Both the position numbers and the translations under genes were made by a program. Positions 56,413 through 64,000 of a stretch of 64,000 nucleotides of DNA are shown in pieces (within the stretch, counting starts at the first letter, position 1; each line of letters starts with the position of its first letter). Source of the stretch: an uncultured Clostridia bacterium. Its GTDB lineage: Bacteria > Bacillota > Clostridia > Christensenellales > UBA1242. The DNA is taken from NCBI GenBank assembly GCA_934747775.1, contig CAKVHA010000002.1, positions 6,361-70,360 on the forward strand, in the 5' to 3' direction. Below the pieces are notes generated by a model. That model was given only the letters and a program-made list of their open reading frames with translations, made no database searches and had not been told where the DNA came from.

Positions 56413-57276
56413 TTATCGTTTGTTTAAAGTGTAATATAGCGCCAAAGTCCCAGGTCCGCTGTGGGTGGTTACTAGCGGACTAAGTGAAACAACTGTAACA
56501 TCAACATTAAATTGTGACAATATCATATCTTTTAGTGTTTTTGCGTCGTCTTCACAATCGGCTTCGGTTATGATAACACGTTTTGACAACGGAATATATG
56601 TTTCTTTCATAAGGTCAAAAAGCGCTTTAATTGCAGTTTTTCTGCCCATAACTTTTTTAAAAGGAACAATTGTGCCGGTGTCGTCTAGCCTTAAAATAGG
56701 TTTTAATTGAAGCAAATTTCCAATAAAGGCTTTACTGCCAGAAATTCTTCCGCCGCGCGCCAAATACTTTAAGTTGTCTACTGTGAAATAATGCGCAATG
56801 TTAAGCCTAACTTTTTCGGCAAACTTTTTTGCGTCGTAAATATTATTAATATTGCCATTATCAATTTCATCTAAAAGCATTTTTACAAGTACACCCACTC
56901 CGCCCGATTGGCAAAGCGAATCCACAACAACCACCTTATTCTCGTGGGTTTTGTTAAGTTCGGCAGCGGCGTTGTTGAAGTTGTTGTAAGTGTTACTCAT
57001 AGCACTAGAAAAACTAATGTGAATTACATCTAGCCCTTGTTTCATAAGGTCGCCCAAATATTCTTTTGCCGCGTACTCATTAATTTGGGTTGTTTTTGTT
57101 TCAGCGCCTTCACGCATAAATTGCGCAACCTTTTTACTAGAAAAGTCTGGGTCTAATGACGATATAACTGTTCCGTTTATAATAAATTCCATAGGTGCAA
57201 CTTGGATATTATATTTTTCTATTGTTTCCTTATCTAAATCACACGCACATTCTACGCTAATTAAAAATTTTTGCAT
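56413..57276 (-). CDS. DegV family fatty-acid-binding protein (second paralog)
   Basis: Contains LKYLARGGRISG, the DegV GGRI motif. Start at ATG 57276 with a GGAGGA RBS; the track's ORF begins 34 codons too early. Confidence 0.8.
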   Translation of the reverse strand: MQKFLISVECACDLDKETIEKYNIQVAPMEFIINGTVISSLDPDFSSKKVAQFMREGAETKTTQINEYAAKEYLGDLMKQGLDVIHISFSSAMSNTYNNFNNAAAELNKTHENKVVVVDSLCQSGGVGVLVKMLLDEIDNGNINNIYDAKKFAEKVRLNIAHYFTVDNLKYLARGGRISGSKAFIGNLLQLKPILRLDDTGTIVPFKKVMGRKTAIKALFDLMKETYIPLSKRVIITEADCEDDAKTLKDMILSQFNVDVTVVSLSPLVTTHSGPGTLALYYTLNKR

Positions 57277-57476
57277 AAATTTTCCTCCAATTTTTTGTAA
57301 CACCACCATTATATTTGTCAACCGCATTAAACGCAATCTATTATACTTAGTATGCACTATACCATTTTGATGGCACAAAGTATATCTAATTTTTTTACAC
57401 TCTACCGAGAGTAGAAGTGTGTTGAAATAGGCACATTTTAGTTGATTTTATTATAAAAATAATGTAATATAGCAGT

Positions 57477-58091
57477 ATGGAAGATATAAAAAAAGTTATT
57501 GCTAAAAATTTAATATATTTTAGAACACGTGCAAAATACACACAGTTTGAGCTAGCACAAAAACTCAATTATTCCGATAAATCCATATCGAAATGGGAGC
57601 GAGGCGCAGGAGTTCCCGATGTGCTTACCCTAAAACAACTTGCCGATTTGTATGAAATAAAGGTTGATGATTTTTTTACAGAAACCGAGTTTTCTACCGC
57701 ACCAGCACCTGAAAATCACACCAAAACCTTTAGCAAAGTGTTTGTAACCCTACTATCCGTTGGGTTAATTTGGTTTTTAGCTTCTATTGTGTTTGTTGTG
57801 CTTCTTTGGCTTAAAGTTCCGCGCGCATATTTAAGTTTCATAACCGCAATTCCGGTTTCGATGATTGTGCTAATTGTGTTAACGCGCATTTGGTTTAAAC
57901 TTTACATTGTTGGCATTTTCGCTTCGCTATCTATTTGGACAATTGCTCTAACAATATATTTGTTTACAATCAACACACATAGTTATTATTTGTTTTTTAT
58001 TTGCATTCCACTTCAAGTGTTGGTTATTTTATGGTTTGTTTTTAGAGATAAACTAATAAAGAATAAAAACAACAATAGCAATATTGAATAA
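57477..58091 (+). CDS. XRE-family HTH regulator fused to a C-terminal multi-TM domain
   Basis: HTH_3 block YTQFELAQKLNYSDKSISKWERGAGVPDVLTLKQLADLY, followed by about 4 hydrophobic helices. Confidence 0.75.
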   Translation: MEDIKKVIAKNLIYFRTRAKYTQFELAQKLNYSDKSISKWERGAGVPDVLTLKQLADLYEIKVDDFFTETEFSTAPAPENHTKTFSKVFVTLLSVGLIWFLASIVFVVLLWLKVPRAYLSFITAIPVSMIVLIVLTRIWFKLYIVGIFASLSIWTIALTIYLFTINTHSYYLFFICIPLQVLVILWFVFRDKLIKNKNNNSNIE

Positions 58092-58117
58092 TGTATAAAC
58101 AATATCAAATACAGATT

Positions 58118-58151
58118 AAAAAAATCCCATTGATTTTCAATGGGATTTTTT
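58118..58151. terminator. Bidirectional rho-independent terminator
   Basis: An A-run, then ATCCCATTG-atttt-CAATGGGAT, then T6. Confidence 0.8.
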
Positions 58152-58247
58152 ACACCTTATTAAAATAAATATTTGATTTTATTATAAAATTTAAACCTAT
58201 TAACATTTAGTTTAAAAATTAATCATTGTAAGTTGTTTTAAGAATAA

Positions 58248-59585
58248 TTAAAAAGTAATAAAATTTACGCCATATATTTGCGTTGTGGTTTTATCTACTT
58301 TTACTTTGTCGGAAATTTCAACACCAGCAACAACCAAAATTTCATTTCCCACAGCCAGCACTGGCAACACATCTCTAAAACGAGCAGGAACTTTGCGGTC
58401 TATAAAAAATTCGTTAAGCGATTTTGTTCCGCCGCCATATTTTTCAAACTCGTCACCATTTTGTCTAAAACGCCAAACAGCATTTTTATCCACTTTTTTA
58501 GCATCAAACACATTTTGATATGCACTAAAATCTATGTTGTTGGAAATATAAACTTCCAAAACACCAACACCTGGAATATTAAACTTGCCACGTTTTAATT
58601 TTAGCGGTTTAATGCTTGTCTTTAATTTTTTGTTTGTGAATGTTATAAATCCATATTCTTTAATAACAACTACACCGTTAGGTAAATTAATTTTTGCACC
58701 GTTTTCACCATTAACCGCAAGGTCACAAACAAGTTTTAAGTGTTTTCTTTCTATATCCACACTTGCGCCTATTTGTTTTAACGCTTTAAAAATTAAGCGA
58801 CTTGTAAGCGATAAATTGTTTGTAAAGTAACTAGAATATGCCTTAACTGTGTTTTCACTTTCTTTAACAATTGCATTTTTACTAATAAGCGAATTAATAT
58901 AATCGTTATCTTGCTTACAAAGTTTGCCAAACTCACAAATTGTAGAGTCTGCATTTTGCCAGCGATTTCTAATTAGCGGCATAATCATATTGCGAATATA
59001 ATTTCTGGAATAATCATTTTGCAAATTTGTTTCATCTTCAACATAAGGAATATCATTTGCTTCAACATATGCTTGAATTTCGGTTTTTGCCGTATACAAA
59101 AGTGGACGAATATATTTGCCGTCGCGGTTTAATTCCATTCCACACGCACCAGCAACACCAGCACCTCTAAATATATTTAACAAAATTGTTTCGGCTTGGT
59201 CTTGCATATGATGACCTAAAGCAATTTTATCCACAACTCCATCATCTAATAGCTTATTAAACACAGCATAGCGTCCTTCTCTTGCGCCCTGCTCCAAACC
59301 AAGTTTTTTGTTTGCGCAAAGTTTGTTTATATCCAAAACATAACTATATAGTTTTATGTTGTTTTTTTCACAATAGTTTTTAACAAACATACTATCACTT
59401 GCACTGTTTTTTCTTAAACTATGGTCAACATTAATAGCAACCAGATTAAACTTAAGTTTGTTTTTAAGGTGCATTAAAATATTAAGCAAACACATACTGT
59501 CTTGTCCTCCAGAACAAGCAACAGCAACAGTTTCATTAGCATTTATTAATTTGTTGTTTACAATTAATTGTTCAACTTTGTTCAT
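58248..59585 (-). CDS. tilS: tRNA(Ile)-lysidine synthetase
   Basis: PP-loop VAVACSGGQDSMCL and LGHHMQDQAETILLNIFRG. Start at ATG 59585 (AGAGG RBS). Confidence 0.85.
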   Translation of the reverse strand: MNKVEQLIVNNKLINANETVAVACSGGQDSMCLLNILMHLKNKLKFNLVAINVDHSLRKNSASDSMFVKNYCEKNNIKLYSYVLDINKLCANKKLGLEQGAREGRYAVFNKLLDDGVVDKIALGHHMQDQAETILLNIFRGAGVAGACGMELNRDGKYIRPLLYTAKTEIQAYVEANDIPYVEDETNLQNDYSRNYIRNMIMPLIRNRWQNADSTICEFGKLCKQDNDYINSLISKNAIVKESENTVKAYSSYFTNNLSLTSRLIFKALKQIGASVDIERKHLKLVCDLAVNGENGAKINLPNGVVVIKEYGFITFTNKKLKTSIKPLKLKRGKFNIPGVGVLEVYISNNIDFSAYQNVFDAKKVDKNAVWRFRQNGDEFEKYGGGTKSLNEFFIDRKVPARFRDVLPVLAVGNEILVVAGVEISDKVKVDKTTTQIYGVNFITF

Positions 59586-59693
59586 AAAAACCTCTAAAAA
59601 ATTAAAAATTTGTGTTAAAAATATAGTTTTTTTAATACTTTTTAATAGTTTTAGTTTATTATATAACATAATTTTAATTTTTTCAAGATATTT

Positions 59694-61970
59694 TTACACT
59701 GGAAACACTCTTGCAACCAAAACTGTCATATCATCCTTTATTTTTCCGTTGTTTAAATCCACCGCTCTATCTAGTATTTCTTCGCTTATGGTCTGCGGAT
59801 TTGTGGAAGATATATTATATATAAATTCCTGCAAATCTTCTTTTGTGTCAAACGCGTCGGATATTCCGTCAGAAAGTAGTATAATATTGTCAAAAGCCTG
59901 TATTATTCGCTTTGTAATGTGCGGTTTCATTTCTTCCAACACCCCTATTGGCAAGCCACTACTTTCAATCACTTCGGTTTTGTTTTCATTTTTAACAAAT
60001 CCATATGTTGCGCCCAATTTTATAAAATCACTAGTGTTTTTGTTAAAATCTAACACACACAAATCTACTGAAGAAAAATTTTCTTCATTATTCAAGCTTA
60101 GCAGTTTGTTAATACTATTTAATATTGTGTCATTTTCAAAGCCCGCCTTGTAAAAGTTTTCAATTAGTGTTATGGATAAATTGGAAATTTTTTGCGCTTT
60201 TTCACCACTACCAACGCCGTCACATAGCGCAACCATATATCTACCATTGTCCAACTTTACAACACTATGCGCATCACCATTTTTAAGCACGCCATTTTTT
60301 GAAATGCTACTACACCCAAATGCAAGGTCGTAATTGGCGCGGTTTTTTAAATTAACAACCACCGCTCCAGAAATTTGATTGTAGTCTTCGTTTGCAATTG
60401 CCATTTTTATTTTACAAACATTGGATACTATTTTTTCTAATGCGGTTTTGTTGTAGCTGCAATTTTTCAAAACCAGCGACACATTTTTAGATGTAGAATG
60501 TTCTTCGTACACAATTGCTTCGTAGCACAATATGTTTTTATAACTAAGCTCTTCTATAATCTTTTTTTCTTTTTCCACATCAAAAGTTATGTTAAGCCTA
60601 ACTTCGTTTGAAAGTTTTGTTAGCATTTCTTTTACGCCAAGCAGCTGGTCGGCAATTAAAGTGCGGCTAGCGTCCATATTACTTACCAAGTGCGTATAAT
60701 TGCGATAACTTTTTAATGTTTGATTTAGTGTATTTAACAAAAAATTAATTCGTCCGCACTTGTTTGTAAGATATTGCGGAACATCAAGCAAATTTACTCT
60801 GCCGCGTTCGAACCCACATTCCACCAGCATTTCAATAACATCTAGCGTATTGTTGTTGCGGTTGCATTTGTTATGTTCGGGACAATTTGCGCAAACCTTA
60901 TACACCACTTCATCGGTGAGCATATGCTTGCTTTCTTCTTCGGGCAAAACACCCTTTATCATTCCGCGATACACAACATTCATTTCTTCAAACACGTTTG
61001 CAAGTTCGTTCATACGCTTGCAAATGCCAATTTTTGTACGGTTTACAAGGCTTCGCACTGCAAGATTGTCGCGTTTTGTACCAAAAACATCTTTAATTTT
61101 TTCAAACGCACATTTTGGAGTAAACAAAAATATCAAACCAGCAGTACCCACAGAAATTAAGCTAAACCACGAAAAATTTTGATACGCTTTGAAAAACAGT
61201 CCTAGCAAAATTTCCGACAACACAACTGCCACAACACTAAATATTTTGTAGTTGGTTTTAAAAGCAAGTGCCGCAAGGCTGTATGCCACAAACACCGCAA
61301 CATACAACACATTGCCATTGTGGATAGCCGACCCTAGCCCCAAAAGCCCCGCCAGCAAAATTGTGTTTTGCGGTGCAACAAAAGTGCAAACCAGCAAAAA
61401 GTAGATTCCAACAAATTTTGAAAATTCAAAAAATGAAATGTTTATATTGCTAAGCCCCATTCCTATTACAACAAGCATAATACTGCCGCAAATTTTTTCG
61501 TCCAAGTTTAGCGACGAATTAAATCCGCGCGCCACCGCTTTTAAAAAGCAAATTGATATATACATAAATATTAGCGACAATAGTAACGCTAAAGCCACAA
61601 TAAGGTTTTGCTTTATTGCACCCAAGTTGAAATAACAAAACGCCACGTTGGATAACAAAAACGGAATTAAAATTGTGTAGCGATTAAAATGTTTTTTAAT
61701 CCGCTTACAAACCCATAAACACATTATAACAATCCCAGCGGCATTTAGTGATATGTAAAGCGCATTAAGCCCAAAGCCCGCTAGCGTGTTTCCCACTAAA
61801 AAACATATTGCCGCAGCAAAAACATTTTTCTTACAAAACAGCAGCGCAAGCAGCACCGATATTCCAAATGGCGACGCCGTATATCCGCAGTTCGCTTTAC
61901 CAAAAATGTAAAACAGTGTGGTTAGTGCCACAAGTTTTGATGCTTTAATAATAAATAATTTATATTTCAT
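59694..61970 (-). CDS. spoIIE: Stage II sporulation protein E (PP2C-type phosphatase with a 10-TM N-terminal domain)
   Basis: About 330 aa of polytopic membrane domain and a central regulatory region. The C-terminal PP2C has CDGVGSGEKA, ILLSDGISDAF and DDMTVLVARV. Confidence 0.85.
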   Translation of the reverse strand: MKYKLFIIKASKLVALTTLFYIFGKANCGYTASPFGISVLLALLFCKKNVFAAAICFLVGNTLAGFGLNALYISLNAAGIVIMCLWVCKRIKKHFNRYTILIPFLLSNVAFCYFNLGAIKQNLIVALALLLSLIFMYISICFLKAVARGFNSSLNLDEKICGSIMLVVIGMGLSNINISFFEFSKFVGIYFLLVCTFVAPQNTILLAGLLGLGSAIHNGNVLYVAVFVAYSLAALAFKTNYKIFSVVAVVLSEILLGLFFKAYQNFSWFSLISVGTAGLIFLFTPKCAFEKIKDVFGTKRDNLAVRSLVNRTKIGICKRMNELANVFEEMNVVYRGMIKGVLPEEESKHMLTDEVVYKVCANCPEHNKCNRNNNTLDVIEMLVECGFERGRVNLLDVPQYLTNKCGRINFLLNTLNQTLKSYRNYTHLVSNMDASRTLIADQLLGVKEMLTKLSNEVRLNITFDVEKEKKIIEELSYKNILCYEAIVYEEHSTSKNVSLVLKNCSYNKTALEKIVSNVCKIKMAIANEDYNQISGAVVVNLKNRANYDLAFGCSSISKNGVLKNGDAHSVVKLDNGRYMVALCDGVGSGEKAQKISNLSITLIENFYKAGFENDTILNSINKLLSLNNEENFSSVDLCVLDFNKNTSDFIKLGATYGFVKNENKTEVIESSGLPIGVLEEMKPHITKRIIQAFDNIILLSDGISDAFDTKEDLQEFIYNISSTNPQTISEEILDRAVDLNNGKIKDDMTVLVARVFPV

Positions 61971-62100
61971 ATTATCACCTTTTATATAGTTTAACGCCCC
62001 ATATTACAACAACACAATTTTTTTAATTTACTAATTTTGTAACAAAAAGGTGGATATTGTAGATTTTTAAAAATAAAGCTAATTTTTAAAACCATAGCCG

Positions 62101-62108
62101 CATACAAT
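62101..62108 (+). promoter_or_regulatory. Sigma-E-like -10 element upstream of yabP
   Basis: CATACAAT matches the mother-cell sigma-E -10 consensus CATACAnT, 22 nt before ATG 62130. The -35 match is poor. Confidence 0.25.
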
Positions 62109-62129
62109 ATATAAATTTAAGGAGATTAT

Positions 62130-62405
62130 ATGGAAAATTTATTAGTTAACAAACCAGAAGTTTTAAACAACAAAATTACACTAGACAACCGCAATAAAAT
62201 TGCCATTACGGGCGTAACAAAAATGATTAGCAGCAACGACACAATGCTTGTTATGCAAATTAAAAACACCCGACTTAACGTGTGCGGAAAAGCAATTAAA
62301 ATAGAAAAACTGGATATTGAAAACGGCATGCTAGAAGCAAGTGGCGAATTTGACAGCATTAAATACAACGACGCAGGCGGACTATTTAAAAGGATTTTTA
62401 AATGA
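62130..62405 (+). CDS. yabP: Sporulation protein YabP
   Basis: 91 aa. ITLDNRNKIAITGVTKMISSND..LNVCGKAIKIEKLDIENGMLEASGEFDSIKY follows the YabP pattern. Confidence 0.8.
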   Translation: MENLLVNKPEVLNNKITLDNRNKIAITGVTKMISSNDTMLVMQIKNTRLNVCGKAIKIEKLDIENGMLEASGEFDSIKYNDAGGLFKRIFK

Positions 62406-62740
62406 TTTTAAACTACATAATTGGCGGACTAATTTGCGGGGCTTGTTATGGGGCGCTAAGCGCAATCGTTTTTGTGTTTAAAAAAAATATTGTGGTGCAA
62501 ATTATTTGCGACCTTTTGTTTTGCTCCGTGCTTGGCGTGACATACTTGTACATAACCACAATTTTAAATCTAGGGCAATTTAGGCTATATTTAACGCTAA
62601 TTTTTGGGCTAAGTTTTTTAATTGAGCGAAAAACAATTGGAAAATTGTTTGCATTAGTTGGGCTAATGGCGTATAATTGGGGTGTAAAATTAATAAACCG
62701 CTTTAAACTTACAAAAGTAGGTCGCGCGGTTTTTAAATAA
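62402..62740 (+). CDS. yabQ: Spore cortex biosynthesis protein YabQ
   Basis: A 112-aa small polytopic membrane protein. It overlaps the yabP stop by 4 nt, the conserved yabP-yabQ arrangement. Confidence 0.65.
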   Translation: MILNYIIGGLICGACYGALSAIVFVFKKNIVVQIICDLLFCSVLGVTYLYITTILNLGQFRLYLTLIFGLSFLIERKTIGKLFALVGLMAYNWGVKLINRFKLTKVGRAVFK

Positions 62741-62750
62741 AGGAAACCCA

Positions 62751-63044
62751 ATGAGAAACAACAAGCAAGTAGTAAAAATAATAAGCATTATTTCAGCGTG
62801 TTTAACTGCTGTTTTGTTTGTTGTGCTTTTGTTTCAATTTGCAAAAATAATAACACTAAAAAACAAACAAAAAGCCCTTAAAAAAACAATTGAAGTAAAA
62901 CAAGAACAGATTGTGGACTATGACAAACTTATAGACTACATCGATTTTGAAAATGGCGAATACAGCCAAGAATTTTTGGAAAACTACGCTCGTGAAGTAT
63001 ATGGCTGGGGCAAAACCAACCGCACATATTACACAAATAAATAA
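62751..63044 (+). CDS. divIC: Septum formation initiator (DivIC/FtsB family)
   Basis: 97 aa with a single TM (IISIISACLTAVLFVVLLFQF), a coiled coil, and a C-terminal YAREVYGWGK block. It follows yabQ, as in Bacillus. Confidence 0.65.
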   Translation: MRNNKQVVKIISIISACLTAVLFVVLLFQFAKIITLKNKQKALKKTIEVKQEQIVDYDKLIDYIDFENGEYSQEFLENYAREVYGWGKTNRTYYTNK

Positions 63045-63065
63045 AACAAAAAATTAATAAAGTAT

Positions 63066-63096
63066 AAAAAAGACCTTGAAACCCAAGGTCTTTTTT
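63066..63096 (+). terminator. Rho-independent terminator after divIC
   Basis: AGACCTTG-aaacc-CAAGGTCT followed by T6. Confidence 0.8.
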
Positions 63097-63207
63097 ATTG
63101 TAATGATTTAACAATATTATTTAATGTTTAATCAATATTTTTTTAATGTTTTAATTTATAATGTTTCATTATTTACATTAACTATATAGCCTAACGTTCA
63201 ATTAAAT

Positions 63208-64000
63208 TTACGCTGCTAGCAAAACAACATCGCCAACCATAACTAGAACTTTAGAATTGTTTTCGCCATATGTAACAACTGTAACATTGCCAACTTTAAC
63301 ATCAAATTCGCCAAGTTTTGCACCACTAGCACTATAGAAAGTGTACACCAAATTTCCTGCTGTTGTGCTAGCTTTTTCGGTGTGGATTAATGAATATTTT
63401 CCACCAACAGTATGATTTGTAATTCCGTTTACTTTTGTTCCATCTGTAAGGGTGTATTCACCACTTTTCTCTGTTGCAAAAAGTGTTTCTGCGCCAGTTT
63501 TTGTGTTTACGCTATAATAGCGAGTTTCGGTTATTGTCGAGCCGTTTTCGGTTATTGTAACTTCTTTTGCAAGCATTGCATAGTTTCCGTTTACACTAAC
63601 AAAATCATCATATGTGTAATCAGTTACAAGTTTGCCATCAAAGTCAATAATTGCATATTTACTATCATCATTATCAACAACTAAGCCATTTTCAGCAATT
63701 GCTACAGGCTCGTTTCTAAGATTTACTTTTACTTGATAGTTTCCGTCTACAATGTTGTATACATATTCAGCCGAAGAACTGTCACCAACATTACTTGTAG
63801 CGTAATATCTATTTTTTGCAACTTTTTGAACAGGTTTGTCAACAACATTAAAATAATTATAATCTAGTTCACTAATTTTAAGATTTTTATCCACCAACAC
63901 ATTGGTTGTTTTTGTAATAGTTTTATCCTTGTTGATAACAGCTGCTTTTACAACTACTCCATTAATAGCTTCATTTTCTTCAATTTCACTAGCCACAATA
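63208..64000 (-). CDS. Hypothetical beta-rich (probably secreted) protein, C-terminal part; N-terminus lies beyond the window end
   Basis: The frame is open to the window edge; the GTG at 63996 is just the first in-window start. It is Thr/Val/Asn/Gly/Tyr-rich with no recognised motif. AIIDFDGKLVTDYTYDDF is vaguely WG/KWG-repeat-like. Confidence 0.45.
   Translation of the reverse strand, partial: IVASEIEENEAINGVVVKAAVINKDKTITKTTNVLVDKNLKISELDYNYFNVVDKPVQKVAKNRYYATSNVGDSSSAEYVYNIVDGNYQVKVNLRNEPVAIAENGLVVDNDDSKYAIIDFDGKLVTDYTYDDFVSVNGNYAMLAKEVTITENGSTITETRYYSVNTKTGAETLFATEKSGEYTLTDGTKVNGITNHTVGGKYSLIHTEKASTTAGNLVYTFYSASGAKLGEFDVKVGNVTVVTYGENNSKVLVMVGDVVLLAA

Noticed and set aside
59458-60153. 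231-aa plus-strand ORF spanning the tilS/spoIIE junction
   Set aside because: It is antisense to two well-supported genes that carry the PP-loop and PP2C motifs. Its Ser/Phe/Leu/Ile-rich composition is typical of the reverse frame of AT-rich genes. The same reasoning applies to 16194-16640, 30398-30820, 60760-61182, 13192-13500, 32743-33075 and other overlapping track ORFs.
1-64000. Looked for CRISPR arrays, IS/transposase or integrase genes, prophage modules, toxin-antitoxin pairs, known defence-system ATPases/nucleases, and rRNA/tRNA genes
   Set aside because: I found none by eye. The only DNA-level repeats noticed are the 59-nt duplication at 20.6 kb, the 14-mer tandem at 25.1 kb and the phased repeats at 53.3 kb. 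tRNAscan/Infernal and a defence-system finder would be needed to exclude small or divergent elements.

Overview
Low-GC chromosomal segment from an endospore-forming Firmicute (Clostridia-like). All family calls come from reading motifs by eye; no searches were run. The backbone is conserved housekeeping and sporulation genes, mostly on the minus strand: a gerA-type A-B-C germinant-receptor operon, tmk, whiA, murB, uvrC, prfA-prmC, rpmE, murC, spoVG, a dnaD/dnaB-like gene plus dnaI, asnS, aspS, cca, tilS, spoIIE, yabP-yabQ-divIC, and two DegV paralogs. Accessory loci interrupt this backbone. (1) A giant gene (>3,500 aa in the window) for an InlB-B-repeat (Flg_new-type) surface protein fills bases 1-10535 on the minus strand; the ORF track misses it because its stop lies off-window. 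(2) A 7-kb module at 15.3-22.4 kb holds four divergent TasA/camelysin-like secreted proteins: one fused to a CBM-like domain, one membrane-anchored with a poly-Asp cytoplasmic tail. A transglutaminase-like lipoprotein is co-transcribed with them. The module also carries a duplicated 59-nt promoter/leader element and a GC-rich structured spacer. (3) Two tandem orphan paralogs sit at 32.8-35.3 kb. (4) An ArsR-family regulator lies divergent from a 66-aa peptide ending in a Cys cluster. (5) A 1,067-aa GLUG-repeat surface protein. (6) An oriC-like cluster at 53.15-53.42 kb has four perfect and one near-perfect TTATCCACA DnaA boxes, all in one orientation, flanking 10/20-bp phased T-tract repeats, with no dnaA or dnaN nearby. 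I saw no rRNA, tRNA, CRISPR array, transposase or integrase. The best candidates for something undescribed are the TasA-like fibre module and the ectopic DnaA-box cluster.
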